Of a DNA stretch of 64,000 nucleotides, positions 1-16,133 are shown one piece after another. Each line of letters opens with the position of its first letter. Positions within the stretch are counted from its first letter, which is position 1. This DNA is from Eledone cirrhosa. Taxonomy: Eukaryota. The stretch lies in NCBI GenBank assembly GCA_964016885.1, contig CAXHJY010000006.1, positions 1 through 64,000 on the forward strand, in the 5' to 3' direction. The position numbers and the translations under genes are program-made. The notes beneath the pieces were generated by a model. The model saw only the letters and a program-made list of their open reading frames with translations, had not been told where the DNA came from and did not search any database.

Positions 1-4939
<4,939 letters not shown>

Positions 4940-4941
<2 letters not shown>

Positions 4942-5224
4942 GCGAGACAGATTGTGTTTAGACCGGGATTGTCCCTTTACCCATCTCCCGGGGACCCGTC
5001 GGATAAATGAAAATAAAATTAAAAATAAAAGCAAAAACAAAAACCATAACCTACATAAAAATAACCACTACCACAGTCACCAACAGTCTTCTAAACAGGA
5101 AACTTCTTCCTCTTTTTTAGCCATAATGAATCTGGCAAAAGAACTGGAAAAAAACATTCGAGCTATCACCCAGCACCACCCTCCACTATCACCCCACTGC
5201 ACAAACTCCCATTGCTGCCATTAA
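4940..5224 (+). pseudogene. C-terminal remnant of LINE ORF1 with a partial CCCH-type zinc finger
   Basis: Non-repetitive tail of the 3878..5224 ORF: [18 protein letters not shown] (C-x4-C-x3-H), then an N/K/H-rich linker, ending at TAA 5222-5224. Confidence 0.7.
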
Positions 5225-8200
5225 CAAACAAACAAATTAACAACACACCAAAACAATTAAAACCATCCACTCTCGCCTCTACATTTTTGCTTAACGCCCA
5301 AGGCATCAGCCCTTCCACCAATACTCAAAAATGGAAGATCAAATTCCTGGAGGACTGGATTGATGTCCATCCAAACCACATCCCTTTCTTCGTCCTCACT
5401 GAAACCCATCTCAGTAACCTCCACTTGGAAGCCGAGGTGAAAGTGAAAAATTTCAAAGCCATCCGTGCTGATCGCGCTGGCAGAAGAAAGGGCGGAACTG
5501 CCATTTATGTCCATAATTCTTTCTCAACAGAGGCTATGAACATATTCACTAATGGATACTGTGAGGCAGTCACTGTATTCAGTCAAACCAACAACCTATT
5601 AGTAGTTGGGCTCTATAGGCCACCCCAAACGCCTGTACCATGCTTCAAGGAATGCCTCAACAGCATAAAGTGTTTCATCCAAGAGTGTCACCCTGACAAC
5701 ATCTTGATGATGGGGGACTTCAACCTCCCCGGAGTTGACTGGTCCACAAACACCCTGCCACCAGGTTCTTCTGCCTCAACCTCTGACAGGGAAGCTGTGG
5801 AATCGCTTCTTGACTTCATGGATGATTTCTTCCTATCCCAACTAGTGCTCGAACCAACGAGGTGCCACAAAAACGTCCTAGACTTAATTTTCAGCAATCA
5901 CACTGACAATATCCACAATATTGCAGTGGAGAAAACTCTACTCTCTGATCATGACATGGTTCTCTGTGATCTGAGTTTCCACCGTCCAATATACAAATCC
6001 AATGTCATTTCTCCTGTCCATCCGTTTGACGCTATGGATTTCCACAATGCAAACTGGGAAGCGATCAGTCATGATCTTGCACATGTCGACTGGTCCTTCA
6101 CGCACACTCATACACCCACTAACATCAAAAAGTCCTGGCAGACATTTGTGGACACTGTTACAAACATATGTGCTAAACACACCCCATTAAGAACTATAAA
6201 CAAATCTAAGAGCAGAATCCCTAGAAATAGAAAAACACTCATCAGAAAAATTAAGAGAACGAACAAAAAAATCAACAAGCTGAAATACTGTCAGCAGCAA
6301 CACATCAACTTGACTGCCATTTCATCACTAGAGATTAAAAAACATAACCTCCAAAACAACATAATGTCCCTCATCAACAATCAGAGAAGAGCTGAAGAGG
6401 CCTGGGCCATTGAGAAGATCAAACTCAATCCCAAAGTGTTCTTTTCATTTGCAAAAAAACACAAAATCACTGGCTCTACTGTTGGCCCTCTAATTGATGA
6501 AAATGGCACTCTTCAAGACAATGCTAAAACCATGGGTGAGATACTGCAGAAACAATACTGCTCTGTTTTCAGCAATCCTGATATGGCCGATCTGGGCTGT
6601 ATCGGCGATGTTACTCCCCATTACACCTTATCGGACATAACGTTTGGCGCCCCTGATGTCTTGGCGGCAATAAAGGAAATCAAGCATAATTCAGCAGTAG
6701 GTCCCGATAGGTTCCCTGCTTGTGTCTTGAAGGCGTGTCAACACCAACTTGCTTCTCCTCTTGCCAATCTGTGGCGGAACTCACTGGATGCTGGATATGT
6801 GCCAGAAAACCTTCTATCCCAGTCTGTTGTCCCAGTTTTCAAAAAGGGAAACAAATCCCTTGCCGTGAATTACCGTCCAATCTCACTCACCTCTCATATC
6901 ATTAAGGTATTTGAGCGAGTGGTGAGATCGCGAATGACCCACTTCCTTGAGAGTAACAATATGCTGAACTCCAACCAGCATGGATTCCGTAATGGAAGGG
7001 ATTGCCTGACGCAACTACTGCATCACTTTGATGACATTTTGAGAGCCTTGGGAGAGGGTTCCAACACTGATGTTATCTACCTTGATTTCAGCAAGGCCTT
7101 TGACAGGGTTGATCACAACATTCTACTGAGAAAGCTGTCCAATATTGGTGTCACTGGAAAGCTGCTGCAGTGGATCAAGAGCTTCCTGTCAAACAGAACC
7201 CAACATGTTGTAGTTGAGGGAGTCAAATCAAGCCCAGCCAAAGTCAGTAGTGGAGTCCCACAAGGCACTGTGTTGGGCCCACTTCTCTTCATCATCTATA
7301 TTAATGACATCACTGACATCATCAAACACAGCAACATTAAAATTTTCGCTGATGATTCCAAGCTCCAAAAGGTCATCAATGGCGTGGATGACCGGATAAG
7401 CCTTCAGTCAGACCTACTGGCTGTTACCCAATGGGCAGAAAAGAACAACATGTTACTGAACGAAGATAAATTCGAACTGATCCACTTTGGAAAAGAGGAT
7501 GCTCTGAAACTCCCGTACTCCCTTCCCTCCGGGGAAACTCTCGTGGCATCTAACAACATCAGAGACTTGGGAGTAACCGTGGACAGCAACATAAGCTGGA
7601 CCACGCATATAAGCAGCAAAGTTGACATGGCCCGCAGAATGTGTTCCTGGATCCTCAGAACCTTCCAGTCGAGAGATTCCCGCACCATTATCCTTCTCTT
7701 CTCTACTTTCGCCCGACCACACCTTGAATACTGTTGTCCACTGTGGTCTCCCCACACGAAACAAAGTATCATGAAACTTGAAGCTCCTCAAAGGGCAATC
7801 ACGAAAAAGATAGATGGCATGTCAGACCTTGACTACTGGGGTCGATTGGAAAACCTGAAACTTTACTCACTCCAACGTCGCCGTGAGCGTTATATTATCT
7901 GCATGATGTGGAAAATGTTCCATCATCACTGCCCAAATGATGTTGGCATCGCCTTCAAGATACACCCAAGGCTTGGGCCCCGTGCTATCCGTCCCATTCA
8001 AAAATCTAAATCGCAACTCATAACAACAATACGGCACAATTATTTCACCTCAATCGGCCCTGCTCTCTTCAACATCACACCAGGACACGTCAAAACAGAA
8101 ACTGACCACACAAAATTCAAGAAGTCTTTGGACAAATTCCTCCAAGTAATCCCGGACAAACCACCCACACCCGGATATGTCTCCGCAAACAGTAATTCTC

Positions 8201-8232
8201 TTCTCGAATGGGCCATGGTGCCCAAATCCTGA
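5212..8232 (+). CDS. LINE ORF2: apurinic-like endonuclease + reverse transcriptase (1006 aa from TTG; true start uncertain, frame open from 5095)
   Basis: APE motifs [40 protein letters not shown] motifs [38 protein letters not shown] (7345-7356), RDLGV. C-terminal SLQRRRERY. No stops or frameshifts. Confidence 0.96.
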   Translation: MLPLTNKQINNTPKQLKPSTLASTFLLNAQGISPSTNTQKWKIKFLEDWIDVHPNHIPFFVLTETHLSNLHLEAEVKVKNFKAIRADRAGRRKGGTAIYVHNSFSTEAMNIFTNGYCEAVTVFSQTNNLLVVGLYRPPQTPVPCFKECLNSIKCFIQECHPDNILMMGDFNLPGVDWSTNTLPPGSSASTSDREAVESLLDFMDDFFLSQLVLEPTRCHKNVLDLIFSNHTDNIHNIAVEKTLLSDHDMVLCDLSFHRPIYKSNVISPVHPFDAMDFHNANWEAISHDLAHVDWSFTHTHTPTNIKKSWQTFVDTVTNICAKHTPLRTINKSKSRIPRNRKTLIRKIKRTNKKINKLKYCQQQHINLTAISSLEIKKHNLQNNIMSLINNQRRAEEAWAIEKIKLNPKVFFSFAKKHKITGSTVGPLIDENGTLQDNAKTMGEILQKQYCSVFSNPDMADLGCIGDVTPHYTLSDITFGAPDVLAAIKEIKHNSAVGPDRFPACVLKACQHQLASPLANLWRNSLDAGYVPENLLSQSVVPVFKKGNKSLAVNYRPISLTSHIIKVFERVVRSRMTHFLESNNMLNSNQHGFRNGRDCLTQLLHHFDDILRALGEGSNTDVIYLDFSKAFDRVDHNILLRKLSNIGVTGKLLQWIKSFLSNRTQHVVVEGVKSSPAKVSSGVPQGTVLGPLLFIIYINDITDIIKHSNIKIFADDSKLQKVINGVDDRISLQSDLLAVTQWAEKNNMLLNEDKFELIHFGKEDALKLPYSLPSGETLVASNNIRDLGVTVDSNISWTTHISSKVDMARRMCSWILRTFQSRDSRTIILLFSTFARPHLEYCCPLWSPHTKQSIMKLEAPQRAITKKIDGMSDLDYWGRLENLKLYSLQRRRERYIICMMWKMFHHHCPNDVGIAFKIHPRLGPRAIRPIQKSKSQLITTIRHNYFTSIGPALFNITPGHVKTETDHTKFKKSLDKFLQVIPDKPPTPGYVSANSNSLLEWAMVPKS

Positions 8233-8261
8233 ATTGAAAGACTTCGCCAGGTGGTGCTATT

Positions 8262-8320
8262 AAGTTAGACATGGCCTGGGCCAATACTGGCCAAAACATT
8301 TCAAAGTTATTCAAAGTTAT
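8262..8320 (+). other. LINE 3' terminal stem-loop and tandem-repeat tail
   Basis: GGCCA-atac-TGGCC hairpin (~8279-8292) followed by TCAAAGTTAT x2 (8301-8320) instead of poly(A), as typical of CR1/L2-group 3' ends. Confidence 0.6.
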
Positions 8321-8352
8321 ATGTATGTATATATATATATATGTATGTATAT

Positions 8353-8388
<36 letters not shown>

Positions 8389-8406
8389 GTATATATATGT
8401 ATGTAT

Positions 8407-8461
<55 letters not shown>

Positions 8462-8615
8462 TATATGTATGTATATATATATATATGTATGTAGACATAT
8501 ATATATGTATGTAGATATATATATATATGTATGTAGATATATATATATATGTATGTATATATATATATATGTATGTATATATATATATATGTATGTAGAT
8601 ATATATATATGTATG

Positions 8616-8652
<37 letters not shown>

Positions 8653-8689
8653 GTATGTATGTAGATATATATATGTATATATATATATG

Positions 8690-8721
<32 letters not shown>

Positions 8722-8815
8722 TGTATGTATATATATAGTTTATTCAATAATTTCATCTATGAAATGTACATAACTGGTCGATAATCATTAAAAATGTTCG
8801 TGTGAAACTTCATTG

Positions 8816-8899
<84 letters not shown>

Positions 8900-8967
8900 T
8901 ATATATATATAAAATATATATATATATATAAAATATATATATATATATAAAATATATATATATATAT

Positions 8968-9022
<55 letters not shown>
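8318..9022. repeat. (TA)n/(TATG)n and (TA)n microsatellites
   Basis: 8318-8736 compound TA/TATG with TAGA variants; 8817-9022 TA with TAAAA interruptions. Confidence 0.97.
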
Positions 9023-9030
<8 letters not shown>

Positions 9031-9331
9031 GTATATGAAAGTATTGAGAAATTATATACAACATATATCACATGGTATCTCTTTCATGTTATCTAGGCAG
9101 TAAGTGCAATAGGTAGAGGTGTATATCTGAGGTGCGGTTCTTACTCGAACATTGCTATGTTTATTTAATCAATAAAGCATTCAAAAGTTTATTTTTAATA
9201 AATACCCGGTGACAGAAAATTGTATTAATTGATGACTAATATTATACATTCAACAAATACCACAAAAAACTCATCACTTTTCATTTATCAAATGTCTATC
9301 TGTGTCAATATTTTCTTGCATACTTTGCGAC

Positions 9332-9390
<59 letters not shown>

Positions 9391-9391
9391 C

Positions 9392-9515
9392 GGTCTTTGG
9401 TCTGTCTCTATACATTCAAAGTTCAAATCTCGCAGAGGTCAACATTGCCTTTCATCCTTCTGGGTCAATAAACTTAAGTGTCAGTCAATTACTAGAGCTG
9501 ATTTGATCAAATTTA
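9392..9515 (+). mobile_element. Degenerate fragment of SINE family 1
   Basis: gttcaaatctcgcagaggtcaacattgcctttcatcctt matches the B-box/central domain of the copies at 12121 etc. Confidence 0.7.
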
Positions 9516-9528
9516 TATATGACTTAAC

Positions 9529-9612
<84 letters not shown>

Positions 9613-9808
9613 AGGGGGTTGACATTTGCTGGAGGCATATGAAATATGTATTTTTGAAGGTGACCTTTGTTGGTGTTATTTTAATGTCTTCAGATTAAGA
9701 AAAAAGTATAAATTAAAAAAGTTTAAATTAGGGGTAAGTACAGACTATATATATATATATACACACACATATTGGAATTTCGTATTTTTAAAGAAATACT
9801 GTATGTTT

Positions 9809-10084
9809 ATAGATAGACATTTAGAAAACTGTAGTTATACAAAACACCGGTGGTGTCCAGTAGAAGCAAGGGGAACAATCGTCGATGCATTTCGAACTTA
9901 GCTGGTTCTAATCAGGACGATCCCTCCCACTCTTGCGACTGCTGGACTTGAAAATAGAGTGGGAGGGATCGTCCTGTTAAGTTCGAAATGCATCGACGAT
10001 TGTCCCCCTTGCTTCTGCTGGACACCACCAGAGGGTGATAGCCCGGTGTTTTGCATAGCTATGGCTTTCTAAATGTTTATCTAT
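9809..10084. mobile_element. Fold-back (~125 bp arms) PLE-type terminus containing a hammerhead ribozyme in each arm
   Basis: 9809-9933 is the reverse complement of 9956-10084, with indels. Minus strand 9877-9922 reads GATCGTC CTGATTA GAAC-cagctaa-GTTC GAAA TGCA TC/GACGATT. Confidence 0.8.
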
Positions 10085-10164
10085 GATGTAGCGCATATTA
10101 AACAATTATTAATAGCAGTGATACTAATAATCATGATGATAGTATTATTGGGATGTATCCTCGC

Positions 10165-10896
10165 GAGAATCCACCTCTCTGAAAAAAGGAGAAAGCCATA
10201 TCCGTTCCTAATAGCAGGCGTAGAGGTGTACTTCTTATTGCGAATACGGGGATCGTCAGCGAAATTCTTTATTTGTTAGTATAATTAATTAATTAGCAAT
10301 GTTAGTATAATTGTGTTTATGTATCTATGGTCGTGTTGGTATAACTAATTAATTAGTTGTGTTGGCGTTTATGGTTTTGCATATCTATATGTGCATATCT
10401 ATATGTGTTAGTGTATCCATGTACCTCTGTGTGTGGGTATGTTGGTGAAAATAGTTATATGGTGCTGGGGGTAGTGCATATGTGCTGATGTGAGAGCGCA
10501 TAGGATGTGGGTGCAAGGAAAAAGCTGACTAAAGAAGGCATTTAAGCCGTTTCCAGTAAAGGTTTGAAGAGCAAATATGTGCTGCTCTCTCCAGAGGCGT
10601 CAGTCTGGTGATCCGGGGCAAGTAGTGAGCCCAAACACTGCGGTGGTGGGTGGAGTATCTGGTGGAATGGAAATATTGGGCGACCGGAGACTGGCAGCCG
10701 AGCCGGATATCCCGAAGACGCTCGGCGAACCTGTTCGCTAATCGACAACCGGTTTGTCCAGTCTGGAACTAGCTGTTGAAACAGCAACAGCTTAGCCGTC
10801 GGGATCCCGACATTTTATAATGTAACTGTACTCTACTGCCGCAAGTATCGGGTACTCTGTAGAGTAACGGTCTAACTATTTTTAAACTGAATCCAT

Positions 10897-10900
<4 letters not shown>
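10165..10900 (-). mobile_element. Penelope-like element 3' fragment with decayed GIY-YIG endonuclease
   Basis: Minus strand ~10765-10541 translates, with a frameshift and a stop, to TGQTGCRLANRFAERLRDIR..SPVAQYFH..GLTTC..REQHIFALQTFTGNGLN, a PLE GIY-YIG C-terminus. A CTGACGA HHR remnant lies at ~10253-10259. Confidence 0.8.
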
Positions 10901-10925
<25 letters not shown>

Positions 10926-10927
<2 letters not shown>

Positions 10928-11129
10928 GGAAAATGTTTTACCCCGACGGCAGAGCTCAAGCCGTTTCGACGGCTATTTCTGGACGGCTGTTTTAGTCCAG
11001 AAATAGCCGTCGAAACGGCTTGAGCTCTGCCGTCGTGGTCAAACATTTTCCTATTACCCACTCTACTACCCGAAGTATTGAGTACTCTGGTGCGTTATGG
11101 CCCATCTGGTTCCTTACCACACCTCCTTC

Positions 11130-11131
<2 letters not shown>
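10926..11131 (+). mobile_element. TA-flanked fold-back mini-element, family A (HHR 3' half)
   Basis: Arms 10926-10984 / 10995-11053. GAAA CGGC-ttgagctct-GCCG TC at 11012-11034. Related copies at 48388, 55586, 61320 and 33608. Confidence 0.85.
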
Positions 11132-11180
<49 letters not shown>

Positions 11181-11183
<3 letters not shown>

Positions 11184-11351
11184 TAGTTCCACAACAGTTA
11201 GTTCACCGTTCTGAGAACGAGCTGATGATCCACATAAGGTGAAACATTTGTTCTCGGTATGGTGAACTAACTGTTGTGATACTACTTCTACCAAACTCGT
11301 CCCATGGTCTGAGTGCTCTACTACTACGGATATAACCCTCCAGTCTTCTAC

Positions 11352-11353
<2 letters not shown>
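11181..11353 (+). mobile_element. TA-flanked fold-back mini-element with complete minimal type I hammerhead
   Basis: CGAG CTGATGA TCC-acataa-GGT GAAA CATTTG TT/CTCG at 11218-11256. Outer arms 11181-11218 / 11250-11287. Confidence 0.8.
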
Positions 11354-11406
<53 letters not shown>

Positions 11407-11455
11407 GAAACAAAGAAGTAAATTAGGCTTTTGTTTGATATACTGCATATATATT

Positions 11456-11770
11456 TTCTTCTTCGCCCACTTATTTCTGAAAGGAATGTGGAGGCAAAGT
11501 CTTCAAATTCTCATACCCGCGGGTCCTGTCAGAAGCAGCCCTCTCTAACTGATCCGCTTGAATCCCCAAGCGAGACCAGCCAAGCTCATGGATGTTATCC
11601 AACGATTTTGCTCGTGTTCTACCCCTGGGTCACCTGCAGATTGGTTTTGTCCGTAAGATTTGTCCAGCAATTCTTTTTTGAGATATTCTAATCACGTGCC
11701 CATAACATCGGAGCTGTGATATCTCAATTCGGAGAAGTAGCGGCTCTTCCTGGAGTGAATCTCTCCATTT
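11456..11770 (-). mobile_element. RTE-clade LINE 3' end fragment
   Basis: Reverse complement is similar to 29310-29621 (LLLRIE..QLR.YGHVIR..RIAG.IL..KP..RGR) and ends in a (GAA)n tail. Confidence 0.8.
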
Positions 11771-12120
11771 CCTTCTCTAACTTTTAATATTCCAAATACC
11801 ATAAATGGAAGAAAAGGAGGCAAAGAGCAAGGACTACTAGACAAAGGAAGAAAGCAATGGGGAAGGGGAGAGAGTGACAGACTCTACACCTAGGTCAGGG
11901 TGGTGTTTCGGCTGCACCCCGCGGATAAAATGGCAAAGGCATTTTTGCGAACAATAGCCAGCAACACATGTTCCAACAGCCACCCCACTCCGCAGGTCTT
12001 CTTCCTCCGACGGGCTGCTATCGATCCGATATTGTAAATTGTTCTCAATATTATCGTAACACAGAAACAACAGAAAAGACAAGAAAGATGTTCATAGAAC
12101 CTGGTATCATCAAAAAATCT

Positions 12121-12830
12121 TATCGGTAGAGGGTCGGACGCCATGCTTTCCAGCATAGTTACGTCCCTTTACGATCTGAGTTCAAATCCCGCCGAGGTTG
12201 ACTTTGCCTTTCATCCTTACGGGATGGATAAAATAAAGTACCAGTAATGCACTGGGTAATTGCTGGCCTTGTGCCTAAAGTAGAAACAATTATATTATAT
12301 TATGGTGGATTGGCAGTATCGGTAGAGGGTCTGGCGCCATCCTTTGACGCATAGTTACGGCCCTTGCCATCCTTTGACGCATAGTTACGGCCCTTGCCAT
12401 TCTGAGTTCAAATCCCGCCGAGGTTAACTTTGCCTTTCATCCTTACGGGGTCGATAAAATAAAGTACCAGTAATGCACTGAATAATCGCTGGCCTTGTGC
12501 CAATAGTAGAAACAATTATATTATATTGTATTATATAATATAATATAATATATATAAAAGTAGAAACAATTATAAGATTTTTTTTTATGATACCAAGTTC
12601 TCTGAAAATCCTTCTTGTCCTTTCTGTTGTTTCTGTCTTACGAAAGGGTGGATTGGCAGTATCGATAGAAGGTCGGATACTGCAGCATAGAGTTACGGCC
12701 CTTTACGGCCTGAGTCCAAATCACGCCGAGATTAACTTTGTCTTTTATCCTTAAGGGGCCGATAAAATCAAGTACCAGTAATACACTGGGATAACTGCTG
12801 GCCTTGTACCAAAAGTAGAAACGATTATTA
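12121..12830 (+). mobile_element. Cluster of three SINE family 1 copies (12121-12296, 12303-12520, 12647-12830)
   Basis: tRNA-like A box (tggcagtatcggtag) and B box (gagttcaaatccc), central gcctttcatccttacggggtcgataaaataaagtaccag (resembles the Meta-SINE domain), (ATT)n tail. The second copy has a 30-bp internal duplication at 12341-12400. Confidence 0.9.
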
Positions 12831-13274
12831 ATATATTAATCTTTCTTTTTTCTGCCTAGTTTAGCTATATAGTTATTTTGTTCTCTCTCTCGTTATTGTT
12901 GACTCATTTTCATGAATTATTTCAATAACTACTTTTTCCTTCTTTTGCAGGTAAGTACAATTGTGAAATTTTCTCCTTATGGACCATTTTAAGAACCATC
13001 TTGAAAACAGTTGTACGTATGCATTCTAAATCTTATAGCTTATATATATATATCATCGATCTATATTTGACGTGTTTATCATATTTTAGGATTATAGCTA
13101 TTACGTGTGTGTGTATGTGTGTATGTAATGTTATATCTATATTATACATCTAAATTGACGTGTTTATTAGGAGACCTATAGACCTAAGATGATTGGGGGA
13201 GGGGTATAGTATTACTATTCTAAAACTCTAGGAGTGTTGGAGAAGTTGCTTTGCGGCATTTGTTCCGCAGAGTG

Positions 13275-13305
<31 letters not shown>

Positions 13306-13549
13306 ATATATATATATAGTGTGTGTGGAATATACTGTGATATATATTTCCAACTATATTTGTAAATATCTCCAAATGTGCGATAGTTAATTAAAAAAAT
13401 ATTAATTGCATGATTGCACTTTCTGATTTAATTAATGTTTTTTTCTTCCTGTACTATAATTACTTTTCAAATGATCTTGCATATTGTCTTACATATCGAT
13501 CTTGTATAATGACTTTCATATTCTTAAACCATGAATACATGCATTGATG

Positions 13550-14500
13550 GGAGGTTAAGAAGTTCGCTTCGCAATCGTGAGGTACCGGGTTCGACCCTAC
13601 TGTGTGGCATCTTGGTCGAGTTTTTCACTATAACCTCGGGTCGACTTGTGAGTGAAATGTCATAGGCGGAAACTGAACATGTAATTTAAAGGACACATAG
13701 ACTGTCACGTTGACTTGGTTAAGGAATTATGTTATGGTTACATGTAACTATTACGGTGAATTGGCAGAATCATTAGAATGTCGAATTAAAAATTCCTCAG
13801 TATTACTTCTGGCTCACTGCTTACTGGGGTCAAATCCCGCCGTGAAATATTAAGGATTGTGTGGTTATAATGCAGGTATCAGGTGTAGCTGTGTGGTTTT
13901 AAATGCAGGAATCAGGTACGACTGTGTATTTATAGTGTGTCAAAGGTCTGTATGCCTGAGCTGGGCAGTGTGATGAGCTCTTGCTGGCCTACAAAATGGC
14001 TCAAATGGGTTGTGTTTATCACCAATGCTGGCAAAACTTCCTCACATGCGTCCCCGTCGCTGCACTGGCTCCACCAAATTGGCTTCGATATGAAAGCGAG
14101 AGCTCAGCGCTATAACCAATGCAATGCTTGAATTACGCTATTCTAAAGTGCATAGAGTTACAGTTAGGCACCGCTTGTGAAACCAATCGCCCTAAGAAAC
14201 TCCATTGAAATGAACTTACTCAGTGAATTCCTTCGATGGAGCGGGATCAGCCCATCCCGGGTGAACACTAGTACAAATAAAGAACATGTGTAGTTATATG
14301 TGTAGGTATGGCTCTATGGTGATAGGTACCGGTGTGACTGTGATTCAGACATTCACCTCGCGAACAGACGGTTTCAGGTTCAATCCTACTCCGTGGGTCA
14401 TTGGCCAAGTTTCTTGTACTTGAGTCTCGCGTTGACAATACCTTGTGAGTAACATTTGTGATTTGGCAAATGCAAACTGTGTGCAAGCGTGTGTATGGAG
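13550..14500 (+). mobile_element. Old tRNA-derived SINE fragments (13550-13750, 13755-13841, 14330-14495)
   Basis: Degenerate heads ggttaag...ggttcgaccc and ggttcaatcc followed by a ttggNcaagt CORE-like block; a family 1 head at 13755. Confidence 0.6.
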
Positions 14501-15090
14501 GTTTTATGTGTGTTTGTAGCGAAAATATCAGCAAGAAAAAATGTACTCTCTACACATTTATTATAATTGGTACAGACGATATATATATATATATGTGTGT
14601 GTGTGTACATGATACACAAACACCCACATGTATATGTCCGTGCGTGTGTATGTGTGTGTATATATATATATACGTATTCATTAATTGTTTAGATGGTAGA
14701 TTGTATTTGTTGTGGAGATTACATAGCGAGTTATTTGAAAAACATTTCTGATATGGGGGATTTTAGTTGTCATTGGTGAAGTAAGTTGTATGATTACATT
14801 CAGCTTTAACTGAGGGCAGGACATGACAGAAAAACAACGTTGAAGTTATCATCAATAAGAGTTTGGTAGTTAGATATGCATACTCTTATCGTTGCTATTC
14901 AGTATAAGGCTGTATGATATGTTGGCTGGCCGGTTGATTGGTTAGTTAGTTGGTATGACAGTAGGACATTGAACCAGGAATTACGTTTAGATAAATATAC
15001 ACTGGAACAGACGTGTACACACACGCACACGCACACGCAACGCACGCACGCACACGCAACGCACGCACGCACACGCGTGCACACACACAC

Positions 15091-16133
15091 AGTTCGAATC
15101 CTGCCAAGGTTAGCTTTGCCTTTCATCCTTACGGGGTCGATAAAATAAAGTACCAGTAATACACTGGGGTCGATTAAATCGACTTTCCTCTTCCCCAAAA
15201 TCGCTGGCCTTGTGCCTAAATCAGAAACCATTATTATTATAATTAAGGGCGGTGGATTGGTAATATCGGTAGAGGGTCTGACACTATGCTTTGCAGCAAA
15301 GAGGTCCGGCCCGTTATGGTCTGCGTTCAAATCCCTCCGAAGTTAACTTTGCCTTTCATCCTTACGGTGTCGATAAAATAAAGCACCGGTAATACCCTGG
15401 GATAATTGCTGGCCTTGTGCCAAAAGTAGAAACAATTATTATTATAATTATTAGAACGTGTATATAAAATACCATAGCATTTAAAACATCCAAACATAAA
15501 CTGAATGAGCACATAATGCTTGTGGGTAGAGCGTATATTTTATTTTATACGTGGGCAAGTAACAGAGACTTCGATGTTTCAGCTTCGTCGCTTCATCTGG
15601 CTGTGTGTATGAATATATATATATATATAGGTGTGTAGGTGTGTGTGGGTGATATTTTGTCTAATCACTCTCTTTACCACACCAAAACCTTAACAATCGG
15701 CACACGCCAAGGCCCACACGCGAATAGTCACGCCAACTCAGAAGGCATTGGGTTGTTCAGGTTTGTATCAATCTGTGACATCGAAGAGCAGTTGAGCCAT
15801 TTACCACTCCATGGCTCACGTAAAGCAAGCAGCCACGCAACATCGTGTTGAATCTCTGTCTATATATGGAAGCACACACTTCACATATCTTATCTAAAGA
15901 TTTATCTATAAAAATTGCTGTTAAAGGAAGTAGGGCGGTGAATTGGCAGTATTGGTAGCACGTCGAACACCATGCTTTGCAGCATAGAGTTACACCCCTT
16001 TACAATCTGAGTTCAAACCCTTTGAATCCTTATGGGGTCGATAAATAAAGCACCAGTAATTCACTGGGTCGATTTAATCGACCTTCACCTCTCCCAGAAT
16101 TTCTGGTGTTGTGCCTATAGTAGAAATTATTAT
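15091..16133 (+). mobile_element. SINE family 1 copies (15091-15240 partial, 15247-15443, 15933-16133)
   Basis: Same head, B box, central domain and ATT tail as 12121. Two copies carry the longer gtcgattaaatcgac variant. Confidence 0.88.

Noticed and set aside
5257-8314. Short antisense and alternate-frame ORFs inside LINE ORF2
   Set aside because: Shadow ORFs of 60-122 aa without motifs.
9847-10030. miRNA precursor or MITE interpretation of the hairpins
   Set aside because: They are asymmetric (hairpin plus unique tail), multi-copy and carry HHR motifs. They lack TIR-at-both-ends/TSD structure, so a PLE origin explains them better.
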